A DNA stretch of 64,000 nt from a virus. A program made the translations under genes and the position numbers. The DNA is taken from positions 1 to 64,000 of the IMG/VR virus record IMGVR_UViG_3300002026_000029. One strand, given 5' to 3'. The notes under the pieces were generated by a model, which saw only the letters and a list, made by a program, of their open reading frames with translations, did no database searches and had not been told where the DNA came from. This document shows positions 20,901 to 29,385 of the stretch, one piece after another; within the stretch, counting starts at the first letter, position 1; each line of letters opens with the position of its first letter.

Positions 20901-23392
20901 GTGATGAGATTAATCTAATGAGCGTAATAGGATTTCAAGACGGTAGATTGGCACAAGCAGATGCTAATGATATAATCTATATAAAGAAAGGGCTAACTGT
21001 AGAAGAAGTCCTTGAGTATCTTACAGGCGGAGACAGTAAGACTGCCATACAAAAGAAAGTAATTACAGAATATATGAAGGTACAAGGTATTGATCTAATA
21101 GCTACTATAGAGCGTATGACAGATGCCCAAGTGAAGAAGTTCATAGCAGCACATGAATATGTACATATACTGCAAAAAAGAGCTAATGGTGGTAACCTAA
21201 AAGATGCCTACTATGCTGATAATAAGCAAACACTGGCTGGAGATATGGCCGATACAGCTAATAGATTCTTGAGCGATAGTGCTATAAAGTTTGAAGCAGA
21301 CGCTAATACCAGAGGACTAGAGCTTATAGGAATAGTTCCTATAAGAATAGAAGATGATATATCTCCATTGGATGTAGATAAGATGGCAGTAACGGACATA
21401 ATTACTAATGAGTTACAGGGATCAACGCTTTATGCTGATGTAGTTAAAATCCTTGAGAGTGTAGTGGTCAATAAAATTAAATATGGCTTACGTACAATGC
21501 ATTCTGATAGTAAGTATGGAAATCCATTTGTCACTGAGAAAGCTTATGAAATCAACAGTAAAGGGTATACCTACATAGGTGGAAACGAACAAGTGAGTGT
21601 TGCTTACTATAATTGGCTTAAGGATAATACTCTACCTGCACAGGCTGAGAAGTATAGACCACTCCTTGATAAAGCAAGAGTTGAAATTCTTAACAATTTA
21701 GAAGCCGTGCGTTCCGCCGCTAAGGAAGGAGGTATAGGATTCCACTACACTGGTACAGCCAAAACTGGAGTTAGTCACGTTAGTGCATTGATAGCTATAG
21801 CTAATGATGGTAAGGTAGATACTGATGGTAATGGGGTATTGGTGCAAGTACAAAAAGACTCTAATCCTACAATAGTGCCTGGTGAGACTACTACACCTGC
21901 TAAATCTACTAAAAAAAGTGGAGATACTAAGTACGAGTTATTCCCTGGTGTTTATGCTAACGAAGGGCAAGTAGCTGCGATAGATGTATTAACTGACTTT
22001 TTAAAGGGTAATGAGACAGAGTATGTGTTAAAAGGCAGAGGTGGTACTGGTAAGACAACTATTGTTAATAAGGTATTAGAGAATGTAGGGTTATTATACT
22101 CTGAGGTATACTTTACCACTATCACTCATAAAGCTAAGCAGGTAATAGAAGCGGCTAATAAGAATAGCAGGTATGCTAAAAGTCCATATGCTGTTACCCA
22201 GTCAAGCTTATTCAAGTTTGGCAAACCATTAAAGAATAAGATACAGATAGAGTCACCTAAGGTAATTGTAGTTGATGAGGCGTCTATGGTTAACGAAAAG
22301 ATTATTCAAGATATCCTAGATACTGCTAAAGACATTAATGCTAAGGTACTATTTATGGGTGACAATGTACAGTTACAGCCTGTTACAGGTAGTATCCCTG
22401 GAGCTAGTAGCCCTATATTTGATAGTGAACTACATCCTAATGTGGTAGAACTAGAGGAGCGTATGCGTCAAGGAGAAGAGTCCCCAATACTACCTATTAC
22501 AGATATGCTTGCTAACTTTGTGGAGGGTAATGGTGATGTATCATTTGATGGTGTGTCTCACGTTACTCCTAAAGGCACTGTTGAGTACATGGAATCTGGA
22601 GATGTAACAACATCAGAGTTTGTTAAAGACTTTAAGAAGGCTCCTAGAGAGACTAGATATATATGGTACAACAATGATTTACACAAAAATACTACTAAAT
22701 TAGTTGAGCAGATTAGAGTAGGGTTGTATGGTAAGCGCGCTGAAATGAAATATGTTAAAGGTGAGCAGATAATACTAGGTGGTAACTATGGTAATAAAGG
22801 TAAGGGGGAATTCACCGCTTTTAATAGTGAAGAATTCACAGTTAGTAATGTAACTACTGCACATAGTGCGACTGTAAAGTATACTGAGTATATTAACGGG
22901 AAGTCTTTTAATAACCAGTATACATATAATAAGCCTGTGTATCATGTAGAGGCAACTAGTAACTCAAGCGGTAAGACTATTGTACTAGTATCTCCTCAGG
23001 AATCATTCGCTACAGCGACACAAGGCTTATCCAATACTATTAAAGAAGAGTTTGCACAGATTGCATATGCGTATGTAATTAGCTCACACAAAGCTCAAGG
23101 TAGTACATATAAGACTGTGTATACGGATGTAGCTAATATCTTAAGAGCCCCTGGGCAGAATTCTATTGATCAAGTTAAGAGTTTATACGTAGCTACATCT
23201 AGACCTACTGATAAGTTAGTACTAGTTAATGCTGGGGAGTTTATTACTAAAGAGTATGTATCAGCCATTGATACAGTACAGGATTCAGCTATAATAACAC
23301 CAATTAAAAATAAGACAGTGTTAGATGGTTACTCCAAGCAGGCTTCTGAGGCTGTTAATAAGATACTAGATAGTACATGTAAAGGAAATTAA
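14927..23392 (+). CDS. Virion-encapsidated single-subunit RNA polymerase (N4 vRNAP-like) fused to cargo domains and a C-terminal Dda/RecD-like SF1B helicase
   Basis: 2821 aa. Motif A LETDAVTSG (~17411), motif B RSFMKNPFMVFNYG (~17834), motif C GVHDA (~18750). Helicase Walker A GRGGTGKT (~22034), VVDEAS, MGDNVQLQP, HKAQGSTY, LYVATSR. Confidence 0.85.
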   Translation: MSCELTETIRDITRLKKAEGNSANKANTLKSLENLRDTLLAAKYAETTKNATIDIKLPVKEAVDKMLEEDVIYNELVQNYKDSKVAVTEAFSKFNSNKTMSKDSTVKGSSKKAGDKKDGTNTLNKSEKALVTLNEYITTVQEKLEYTATAADKASSKAARDYWSDSNDIIAAEMSELQNTVKSLKALIKYSKSNITRGNTLFEAAQKAIEVSIAAKEAITEYRNVFTTGGNILLWVKNNSRKTKHATDVDAITIADYFTAKSTSIDLLNVGKRIKTALSITTGDRSTKNHNIAKARDMIKVVLAGVLKFTKSIDVGTSKLHIGDYISTDAKVKGFQNVGRLLYTLVPYNPETKLPDHNVVNQEVAKAIAICSLDWAANIGGRNRAFNRSDDDAKRMLNKNTNDVLSAEERDIINRFDGLQDSSAIILGKMIFDMLGLKTKPSTDGINNERIEAKLQLELGLIALKSLEYSGILKLHTSKDRLPKQDMDDVVIEALANKEFVEGYATPYESLYGESTTGKNNLVSTFSFTAPNGASLYERFDKDATNGNQIVTGGTETAIVDLYDVLGYTPQLTGPYFTEGTNKTNRDDIVNQGISRKVGETPEVQKDAIENSEDTPRTFDENFLELIDVIIDEISIDGLYRELGWKDVDTAYIDDRTAVRGKNLAIERSMKYLQETRKTLNELGKSKMWFKWYVVTNGRFGIKSNTFNVQDQKLHRNSVNTEMIAVTKGSVEEDLLILAMAQGFHISVDKQTFVQSKKEFVKLSKEIDKILGASVEDFTSEAVTKAFRFVNSKTSEPEHALRALSEYIQYRAWNENGATEPLITGITLETDAVTSGYILKLLQMPIFKTDGILNMEKVIAHLAKGGVFKHEVDADGNTINQSYEEWKMEPTNKDSYETVASAFGKQLHEATQSENLSYRIGKPNVKFTSLSTKEKDNLNKIAIEEQIKVVAIMAVLGETKVKDSIIQISRSFMKNPFMVFNYGSAINSIVKSLSNTAVENLNGLMTKAANRDYPSKASDGGEVTTTEAKNKAIAEADAAMTILVDAILASAFGRNNDTRAASTERTIQFVKQLDAAYKEDPMSLLEFKIPKDIRKLVFEATQRTIKEPLTATFKSEYGEFLEAGKTINSAMVMLMRAATPKIEAAIDAQINNIHTQAIKDGTVSPKSKPRPLTNREIDEIILDLRDTLPVLNMPLGDGDKSKILLAAEDAGEYNINTVLNVDTTSGFTFEDTPALRGTSRLYKLVEKYTSGAVIPIHFMDGSIQSRVLSVFKALGVHDANLFTLKDAVPGTKAYNKAVIELAKSYSLTTEVLNSVTTSLNTLSTPELEALDDNYLNEFVKKKITSIVHAVAKTNAVNSTKLRTILVDSIPKIIMTIKNQAPLMPIVTANEELYREAVADVLLQVVYELQSAPTVNDMFIAVVELQKSSEEGRDALFNGDALYVEHAALEGAAYVAEKTTYTKQIPIDKSPTLASYLGTFKGIVSEWYLAHSADELGRTISTVVTPLKPAVKTNTTQGSINIYSTDKNGYEGLSNLVAGPVERLGIVYKTVEAAFQATKAKYLGDVAAAARIIDASTGAQAKQLGDPSGIIKVGSNTKTLKDWDNVATKTMKLILSHYYNNDNKAAELLLSTGNSTLTHTQDKGKWATIFPQLLMEIRSELQNDTTKNKPVVDYVAKVREVNKGTTADKHTEKEVAKASMANKYIGFGSANSSTHRYAGVYGNNANRTDYVANDIVWVSSNGRRTGRVNPVQSGKLVNGYQILDNAIEAGATIVMDTEAHLANSSTYNIGETALADYMVTKGYSRVTENKAGVWRPNKDAELLLSTGNATITHTNETPIPTSKYSVPENITELKPNEVFVFGSNQQGRHGKGAALTAKQKFGAEQGKGEGEFGNTYALPTKSTPDVTLTIEEVTTGVNKFLAHAAKNLDKMYLVTAIGTGLAGMMAEDIAPLFKEAGDNVKLPKAWENISMATPTAGTPNDIAPIPFKLKIAGDEINLMSVIGFQDGRLAQADANDIIYIKKGLTVEEVLEYLTGGDSKTAIQKKVITEYMKVQGIDLIATIERMTDAQVKKFIAAHEYVHILQKRANGGNLKDAYYADNKQTLAGDMADTANRFLSDSAIKFEADANTRGLELIGIVPIRIEDDISPLDVDKMAVTDIITNELQGSTLYADVVKILESVVVNKIKYGLRTMHSDSKYGNPFVTEKAYEINSKGYTYIGGNEQVSVAYYNWLKDNTLPAQAEKYRPLLDKARVEILNNLEAVRSAAKEGGIGFHYTGTAKTGVSHVSALIAIANDGKVDTDGNGVLVQVQKDSNPTIVPGETTTPAKSTKKSGDTKYELFPGVYANEGQVAAIDVLTDFLKGNETEYVLKGRGGTGKTTIVNKVLENVGLLYSEVYFTTITHKAKQVIEAANKNSRYAKSPYAVTQSSLFKFGKPLKNKIQIESPKVIVVDEASMVNEKIIQDILDTAKDINAKVLFMGDNVQLQPVTGSIPGASSPIFDSELHPNVVELEERMRQGEESPILPITDMLANFVEGNGDVSFDGVSHVTPKGTVEYMESGDVTTSEFVKDFKKAPRETRYIWYNNDLHKNTTKLVEQIRVGLYGKRAEMKYVKGEQIILGGNYGNKGKGEFTAFNSEEFTVSNVTTAHSATVKYTEYINGKSFNNQYTYNKPVYHVEATSNSSGKTIVLVSPQESFATATQGLSNTIKEEFAQIAYAYVISSHKAQGSTYKTVYTDVANILRAPGQNSIDQVKSLYVATSRPTDKLVLVNAGEFITKEYVSAIDTVQDSAIITPIKNKTVLDGYSKQASEAVNKILDSTCKGN
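19789..19843 (+). repeat. 55-bp direct repeat copy 1 within the vRNAP gene
   Basis: 51/55 identical to 20371-20425; encodes NKAAELLLSTGNSTLTHT. Confidence 0.9.
20371..20425 (+). repeat. 55-bp direct repeat copy 2 within the vRNAP gene
   Basis: Encodes NKDAELLLSTGNATITHT. Confidence 0.9.
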
Positions 23393-26300
23393 TGAGCTGT
23401 GATCTAAAACAAACTACTATAACCAACTTAACTAAGGTGTTTATGCGAGATTTACGAGGTAGTGGATTAAGTCATGATGAACTAAAGGCTAAAGCATCTA
23501 GTGATGCTGTCGCTATAGTAGAGGCTCGCTATGCTAATGAGGTAGAAGAATTTGCTGCTGAGGCTGATGCTAGAGCAGCACTTCCTGGAGGTGTTGTTTT
23601 AGAGCTTAATGCAGAAAAGCCTACTGTTTACAGTCCTAGATCTAAATCACAAGTAAGACTTACAGTCACAGAAGTTAATAATAATAAAGTGTACGGGACT
23701 ATTGGTAAAGGTACTACTGTGTTTAGTTATACACCAGGGTTACTAACGTTAAATCAGAAAGACGCACAGACAATTATTAACAAGTATACTGTAACACCTA
23801 TAGCATCTGAGGCTATTAGTAGTAATGCTACTGATATTACTCCAGCGTCACCTAGTAAGCAATCAACTGTGGCTGTTAGTAAAGAAGTACAGCTGTTAAA
23901 TGAGCAGTATCTTGCAAACCCAACTTCAGAGAATAAGACTAAGCTAATGAATGCAGAGATAGCACATGGGTACCGTAATACTAAAGGTGAGCTATTAGTC
24001 AAGTTTACTGCTCAGAAAGAACTAATTAAAAGTGCTGATATAACTACTGAAGTTACCGATGAAGGTTTTAATGAGCTATATGTTGATACTGATGGAACTA
24101 TTAGTAAGAGTGCTAATTTAAACAAAGCCTTTATAGCTGCTGATAAGATTAATATGGGTGAAAATTTCGATGAAAGTCATAGTGAGGATTTGACTGCTTT
24201 ATTAGCTAATATAGAAGCACTTGTATATGAGATCAATGATAAAGAAGTTAAGTTAAAACCTATAACACTTAAAGATGCTACTGATCCTACAGGTAATACA
24301 GGAGCTGCTGGTTCATGGAACCCTAATACAGATGTTATTGAATTGTATACGGATACTCATGGAGCTGGTGCAGACTTTAGAAACAACTTCTCAATGACAA
24401 ACCAAGAGGTTTATGCTCATGAGATGATTCATGCTGTAATGGATTTTATCTTTAATAAAGATAACGCTAAAGTTGGTAAATCAACTACTATTACTTCACT
24501 TAAAAGTAGCCTTGAGTCACTGTTTGCGAAAGCATCTAAAGAGAGTACATGGAAGACACTACTACCTGGCATTGATGATAATGTAGTATACACAGAGCAA
24601 CAGAAGTTACAAGCTCAAGTTAAATGGCAGTATATATTCCGTAATCCACATGGGTATGGACTACATGAGTTTATGGCTAGTATAATGACCAACTCTATGT
24701 TTAGAGAAGGTATGAAATCTATTGGTAGTTTATCAACAGTTATTGATACTGAAGATAATTTAGCAGATCAGATTAGAGCGTGGTTTAATAAAATATTTGA
24801 GAAACTATTTGGGTATATGACTAATAAGAGAGATAATACAATCACTAAAGAAGGCACTAGACTTATAATTGATCTAATGAGAGCTAATTACAATGCAGTT
24901 GAAAGAGTTAGTATGGTGCAGGTTATCAAGTCAGTTGATAATGTGTACGATTTAGCTGTTAATAAGATGGATGTGGCTAATGAGAGTTTTAAGAAGCTTA
25001 CTGACCCATTTGTAAGAGTTATTGATTCTCTTGAAGATACAATTAATGGCAAGGCTAGTAAACACTTAAGTTTAGACATGTTAAAGGAGTTTACACTTCT
25101 AAGAGATGAGCTTGTCACAAAATTAACTAAGATTAATACTAGACCAGATAACTCAGGTTCTAGCTTTGTTAATGGGTTTAGACAGGTAATTAAAATGATC
25201 TATAAGCTAGGTGTATTTATTACTGCTATGCCTGCGTTGTTTAAGATGCGAAAGCTAGTTAAAGGCTCTAAGTATGATAAGAATGTTGGTAAGTATTTTA
25301 CTAAGATAATCAATGACTTTTTAACTGCTATTGGATTAGCTGAAGAAAATGGCTTTAGAGTTATGTTACGTGACTTTATTGATAGACCAGGACTATATAA
25401 CTTCTTAGCAGATTCATTGTTGAGACTAACCCATGCTGTTGATGTAGTAAGAGAGACTACATTTACGGCTGTAAAGGGTGAGTTACTAGGTGGTTATGAG
25501 GGAATTCATATGGATAATGATTTGCTCAATCTACGTAACAATGAGGCCCATCTAGACGTTATTCTACGAACAGACCTACAAGTACTAGGGTTAGATGCTG
25601 AAGGGCTCCTAGAGCTCCTACGTAACCCTGATGAGGTAAAGGCTAAGATAGCTGAGTTATCAGTAGGGTTGCATAAGCAAGTTATTAAGGGTGCTAAACA
25701 GTTGGCTAAGGGGATGGTTACTGGAGTTGGTGTTACAAGTAATGCTGAGAATGTTGCTAGAAGCTTTGGATTTGAATACCAGACCGCAGTAGATCCAGAT
25801 ATTATTATGCAGACAGATAAGCTAATAACATATTTGGCTTTGGATATTACAGCTGTAGAATCAAAGGCACAGATGGTATCGTTCTTAGATGGTTCAGAGT
25901 ATAAGAATTATTCAAATACTATTTGGCGTAAGATTGCTAAGAAGAATGGTATTAAAGCACGCAGTGCTCTTACACAGGAGCAATATACTGAAGTAGTGAC
26001 TAATGGTATGAACTTATTTCTTATGCGTGCTATAGGCCTTAATGCGGCTTCTAAAGAGGAAATGGCTGCTACTCCACATTTACGTATCAAGGGATATGTA
26101 AAAGATGTGTACAGAACTAAAGATACAATTGAAATGTTACCTATGTCTAAGATAAAAGAGCATGAGGCTAACGGGTATGTATTATTAACAAAGATGCCTA
26201 ATGTAGTTATTACAACTGATGAATATGGTATGTTTGTGAATAAGATGCCTGCAATTAAGAGAGCTAATGGAACACTAGGGTTACAGGACAGTAAGGCTAG

Positions 26301-27816
26301 AGGTTTAACGTTGAGAGATTTAATCCATAGAGAGTCTAACGATGCAGATATAATGTGGGATGATACTAAGAAAAGACGTACATTTGAAAGTATTTTACCA
26401 CAGATGGTAGCTCAGTATCATAAAAATCCAGAGTCAACGCCAATGTCACCAATGTATGATGCTAATGGTAGAATTGTAGACTTTAGATATAACATGAGTA
26501 TTGCTGATAAGAAGAAATACTTAGACCTAGATACACGTGGTATTGATAACATGGCTAGATCATATAGTACTATGGGCACTGCAAAGACTACAGCGGCACA
26601 TAACCATGAAGTAGTTGATCTTCTAGTAGATGATTACTTAAATAATTATACTGGAAATGAAGAGTCATACGTAGTTATTAAGCCATTAACTCTTACTGCC
26701 CTTGATTATGAGTTAGAAACTTATTCTACAGAAGCTATGACAGAGGCTGAAAAGTATAGCCACTATTGGGCTAGATTACCAAAGGATACAAAGGAGTATG
26801 CAACTAAGAAGTTTGCTGGTAAGCAGTTAATACTACGTAAAGAGTTTTTGACCATAGCTTTTGGTGATGATGATTTTAGTATTACACAATTAAAGATGTT
26901 TAATAAGACTAAGCCAAAGACTAAGATACTAATTCGTCAGATTGAGAGTGGTTGGCAAGATTTAATGCAGATTGCTAAAAGTAACATTGTTATTAAGACA
27001 CCTGCTGTTTTCACTGGTAATATATGGTCAAACTTAAAGATATTAGTTTACGTAGGTGTTCATCCAATTAAAGGTGCTGAACTAATGTTATTGGCTTCAA
27101 AAGAGTTAAAGAGATATGAGACTGATAATGCTGAGTTGGGTAAGTTAAAGAGAGATCGTCTTAGTGGTATAAAAGATTTAGATGTTAGAATTACTGAGAT
27201 AGAAGCTAAGATGAAAGAGAATTTAGTTTACCCTTTAATTACAGCAGGATTGTATCAGTCGATAGTAGAAGATGTTACTACTAGTACTAAGTTGAATACT
27301 GTTGGGCAATACTTTGATGATAAGCTTAATAAGTATGTGACTAATGACACTGCTAACTCAGTGATACAAATGCTATTCATGACTCAGAAGACTAAGCCTT
27401 ATCAACAAATGTTAAAGCTGACACAAGTATCAGACTTCTACTTTAGATTTGCTCAGTACTATGATGCAATTGATAATAAAGGCCATAGCCCTGAGAGAGC
27501 ACTACGAGATGCTATTGATAACTATATTAACTATGAAGTTCCATTAGAGAAACATGTAAGATATATGGATACTATTGGTTCATGGTTCTTTATAAAATAC
27601 TTTGTTAAAGTACAGCGAGTTATAAAGAAGTTTGCCACTCAACACCCACTTAAGATGGCTACTGACTTAATGTTACAGCAATTCGCATGGGGTGATACTG
27701 AGGGAGTTGAGAATAGTTTCTGGGCAACTAAGATATGGAGTAAGATTCTACCATTTAATCAGTACAGTAACCTTAAACAAGTTATTGTGCCATCTGGAGC
27801 TGATTTAGTTCTATAA
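23392..27816 (+). CDS. Large ejection protein equivalent to the C-terminal part of N4-type vRNAP, with zincin HExxH domain
   Basis: 1474 aa. YAHEMIHA...LHEFMA zincin motif. C-terminal VYPLITAGLYQSI, TQVSDFYFRF and NYINYE...YMDTIGSWFF resemble the N4 vRNAP C-terminal domain. TAATG overlap with the previous gene; single Cys at position 3. Confidence 0.7.
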   Translation: MSCDLKQTTITNLTKVFMRDLRGSGLSHDELKAKASSDAVAIVEARYANEVEEFAAEADARAALPGGVVLELNAEKPTVYSPRSKSQVRLTVTEVNNNKVYGTIGKGTTVFSYTPGLLTLNQKDAQTIINKYTVTPIASEAISSNATDITPASPSKQSTVAVSKEVQLLNEQYLANPTSENKTKLMNAEIAHGYRNTKGELLVKFTAQKELIKSADITTEVTDEGFNELYVDTDGTISKSANLNKAFIAADKINMGENFDESHSEDLTALLANIEALVYEINDKEVKLKPITLKDATDPTGNTGAAGSWNPNTDVIELYTDTHGAGADFRNNFSMTNQEVYAHEMIHAVMDFIFNKDNAKVGKSTTITSLKSSLESLFAKASKESTWKTLLPGIDDNVVYTEQQKLQAQVKWQYIFRNPHGYGLHEFMASIMTNSMFREGMKSIGSLSTVIDTEDNLADQIRAWFNKIFEKLFGYMTNKRDNTITKEGTRLIIDLMRANYNAVERVSMVQVIKSVDNVYDLAVNKMDVANESFKKLTDPFVRVIDSLEDTINGKASKHLSLDMLKEFTLLRDELVTKLTKINTRPDNSGSSFVNGFRQVIKMIYKLGVFITAMPALFKMRKLVKGSKYDKNVGKYFTKIINDFLTAIGLAEENGFRVMLRDFIDRPGLYNFLADSLLRLTHAVDVVRETTFTAVKGELLGGYEGIHMDNDLLNLRNNEAHLDVILRTDLQVLGLDAEGLLELLRNPDEVKAKIAELSVGLHKQVIKGAKQLAKGMVTGVGVTSNAENVARSFGFEYQTAVDPDIIMQTDKLITYLALDITAVESKAQMVSFLDGSEYKNYSNTIWRKIAKKNGIKARSALTQEQYTEVVTNGMNLFLMRAIGLNAASKEEMAATPHLRIKGYVKDVYRTKDTIEMLPMSKIKEHEANGYVLLTKMPNVVITTDEYGMFVNKMPAIKRANGTLGLQDSKARGLTLRDLIHRESNDADIMWDDTKKRRTFESILPQMVAQYHKNPESTPMSPMYDANGRIVDFRYNMSIADKKKYLDLDTRGIDNMARSYSTMGTAKTTAAHNHEVVDLLVDDYLNNYTGNEESYVVIKPLTLTALDYELETYSTEAMTEAEKYSHYWARLPKDTKEYATKKFAGKQLILRKEFLTIAFGDDDFSITQLKMFNKTKPKTKILIRQIESGWQDLMQIAKSNIVIKTPAVFTGNIWSNLKILVYVGVHPIKGAELMLLASKELKRYETDNAELGKLKRDRLSGIKDLDVRITEIEAKMKENLVYPLITAGLYQSIVEDVTTSTKLNTVGQYFDDKLNKYVTNDTANSVIQMLFMTQKTKPYQQMLKLTQVSDFYFRFAQYYDAIDNKGHSPERALRDAIDNYINYEVPLEKHVRYMDTIGSWFFIKYFVKVQRVIKKFATQHPLKMATDLMLQQFAWGDTEGVENSFWATKIWSKILPFNQYSNLKQVIVPSGADLVL

Positions 27817-27830
27817 GAGTAGAAATACTC
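27817..27830. terminator. Short hairpin at the convergence of the two genome arms
   Basis: GAGTA-GAAA-TACTC between convergent stops at 27816 and 27839. Confidence 0.35.
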
Positions 27831-27838
27831 ATGTAGAA

Positions 27839-29317
27839 CTAGTTATATATAATTGCTCTAGACCCGTCACTCAAGAACTCAGTAGCTCCTATTAATTCAA
27901 CCATAGCCCTCGAACAGGCTACATATGCTAGTAATAACTCTTCCTGGTGCTTCTTGATCATAACTTCTTTTGCATTCTTACCGCGTGCCTTCTCAAGCTT
28001 TATACTAATCAATGCCTTTGTTACAGCTACGCTAATGTCAGGTGCTAATTCCACTGAGGAAAACTCAAGCCCTTTAGATGAGTGCCCTGTAGATAGTGTG
28101 AGGTTACATGGATACTTATTACACTCTTTTGCATAGTCTGTTAGAATATTTAGTTCTGCAGCACCATGAGTGCTAATTACATTAAGAGCACGTTTTAACT
28201 CCTCATCATCCTTACTAGCTGCAACTAGATACTTACTTACTTTAGGGTACTGTCCCTGTAGGTATGGGTTTGATTCCCAATACTTACGTAGCTTTTCAAT
28301 ATGCTTGTAGGCAGCATTAGTAATTGGCTTACCATTGTCAATATTTACTAGTATTAGTGGTAGTTCTAGTAATGTTTCAATAGGACGTGTGGTATGAAAT
28401 GGAATAGAGTTACTCATTAATTCAAACATCTTGATAACAAGGTATGAATTGTTACGGGCAATATACGCTTTAGATGTTATTAGCATTTCATCCTTAGCAT
28501 AGTCACGACCTACAAACTCAAATGAAGAGTCTAAGTTATTCTGCATAAATGTTTGTATCTTAAGTGCGATAGGTGCAGATACTCTAAATGATTGAGTTAG
28601 TTTAGTAGTGATGCCTTCACCAGCCATTGCTTTAAATCCATTTATAGTTCCATTGAAAGAATATATATTTTGAAACTGATCACCAACTACTATTTTCTTT
28701 GGTGCTTGTATAAGTTTAAATATTTCTAGTGTAACTGCATTTATATCACCACCCTCATCTAGCATTAGTATAGAGACAGTTGGAGGTGGTATTGAACCAG
28801 TTGCAAGTAACACATGATAAAACTTTAAGTAGAAGTTATGAGGACATTGTATTTCACCAGTAGACATTAAGTCAAGGTGATCACATACATTATTAGCTGC
28901 ATAAGATGTTATATTGATTGATTTAAAGTACTCCAATGGGTCAGTGTAGCTGGAGTTAAGAAAGTCATTTAAGACTGTTACTATTGAAGCCTTTTCTGCA
29001 TATGAAGCTCTAGGCAGTCGGACATCACGAGGATTAAACCAGCCCACCTTTAACCCATACTGCCTTACAGTGCTTGCGTATGCTAAAGAGTGAGTTGTGG
29101 TGCATTTTACACCAGTCCCTTTAAACTTAGTAGTTGCTTCTTCAGCAATAGCTTTGTTGTACGCTAGATAGAGACCATTAGTTATGTTCAAGTCTTTGGC
29201 AATTTGAATTAGGGTGTGAGTCTTACCTGAACCAGCGCAGGCTGGTACTAGTACTAATGATACATCCTCTCGAAGTAGAGTATCTATAACGTGTTGTTGT
29301 TGCTTAGTTGAAGCCAT
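27839..29317 (-). CDS. UvrD/Rep-family SF1 DNA helicase
   Basis: ACAGSGKT, YLAYNKAI, TTHSLAY, LDEGGD, VGDQFQNIY, LTQSFR, HSSKGLEF, YVACSRA. Confidence 0.9.
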   Translation of the reverse strand: MASTKQQQHVIDTLLREDVSLVLVPACAGSGKTHTLIQIAKDLNITNGLYLAYNKAIAEEATTKFKGTGVKCTTTHSLAYASTVRQYGLKVGWFNPRDVRLPRASYAEKASIVTVLNDFLNSSYTDPLEYFKSINITSYAANNVCDHLDLMSTGEIQCPHNFYLKFYHVLLATGSIPPPTVSILMLDEGGDINAVTLEIFKLIQAPKKIVVGDQFQNIYSFNGTINGFKAMAGEGITTKLTQSFRVSAPIALKIQTFMQNNLDSSFEFVGRDYAKDEMLITSKAYIARNNSYLVIKMFELMSNSIPFHTTRPIETLLELPLILVNIDNGKPITNAAYKHIEKLRKYWESNPYLQGQYPKVSKYLVAASKDDEELKRALNVISTHGAAELNILTDYAKECNKYPCNLTLSTGHSSKGLEFSSVELAPDISVAVTKALISIKLEKARGKNAKEVMIKKHQEELLLAYVACSRAMVELIGATEFLSDGSRAIIYN

Positions 29318-29337
29318 ATTAATCCTTTAAGTATAAT

Positions 29338-29360
29338 AAGACTACCCTAAGGTAGCCCTA
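29338..29360 (-). terminator. Intergenic hairpin with TTAG loop
   Basis: Minus strand GGGCTACC-TTAG-GGTAGTCT. Confidence 0.45.
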
Positions 29361-29385
29361 TATAATTAACATTATTTAACAGATA

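Noticed and set aside
956-26090. Numerous short minus-strand ORFs within the + strand structural genes (and + strand ORFs within the - arm)
   Set aside because: Antisense shadows of long genes, with no RBS or motifs.
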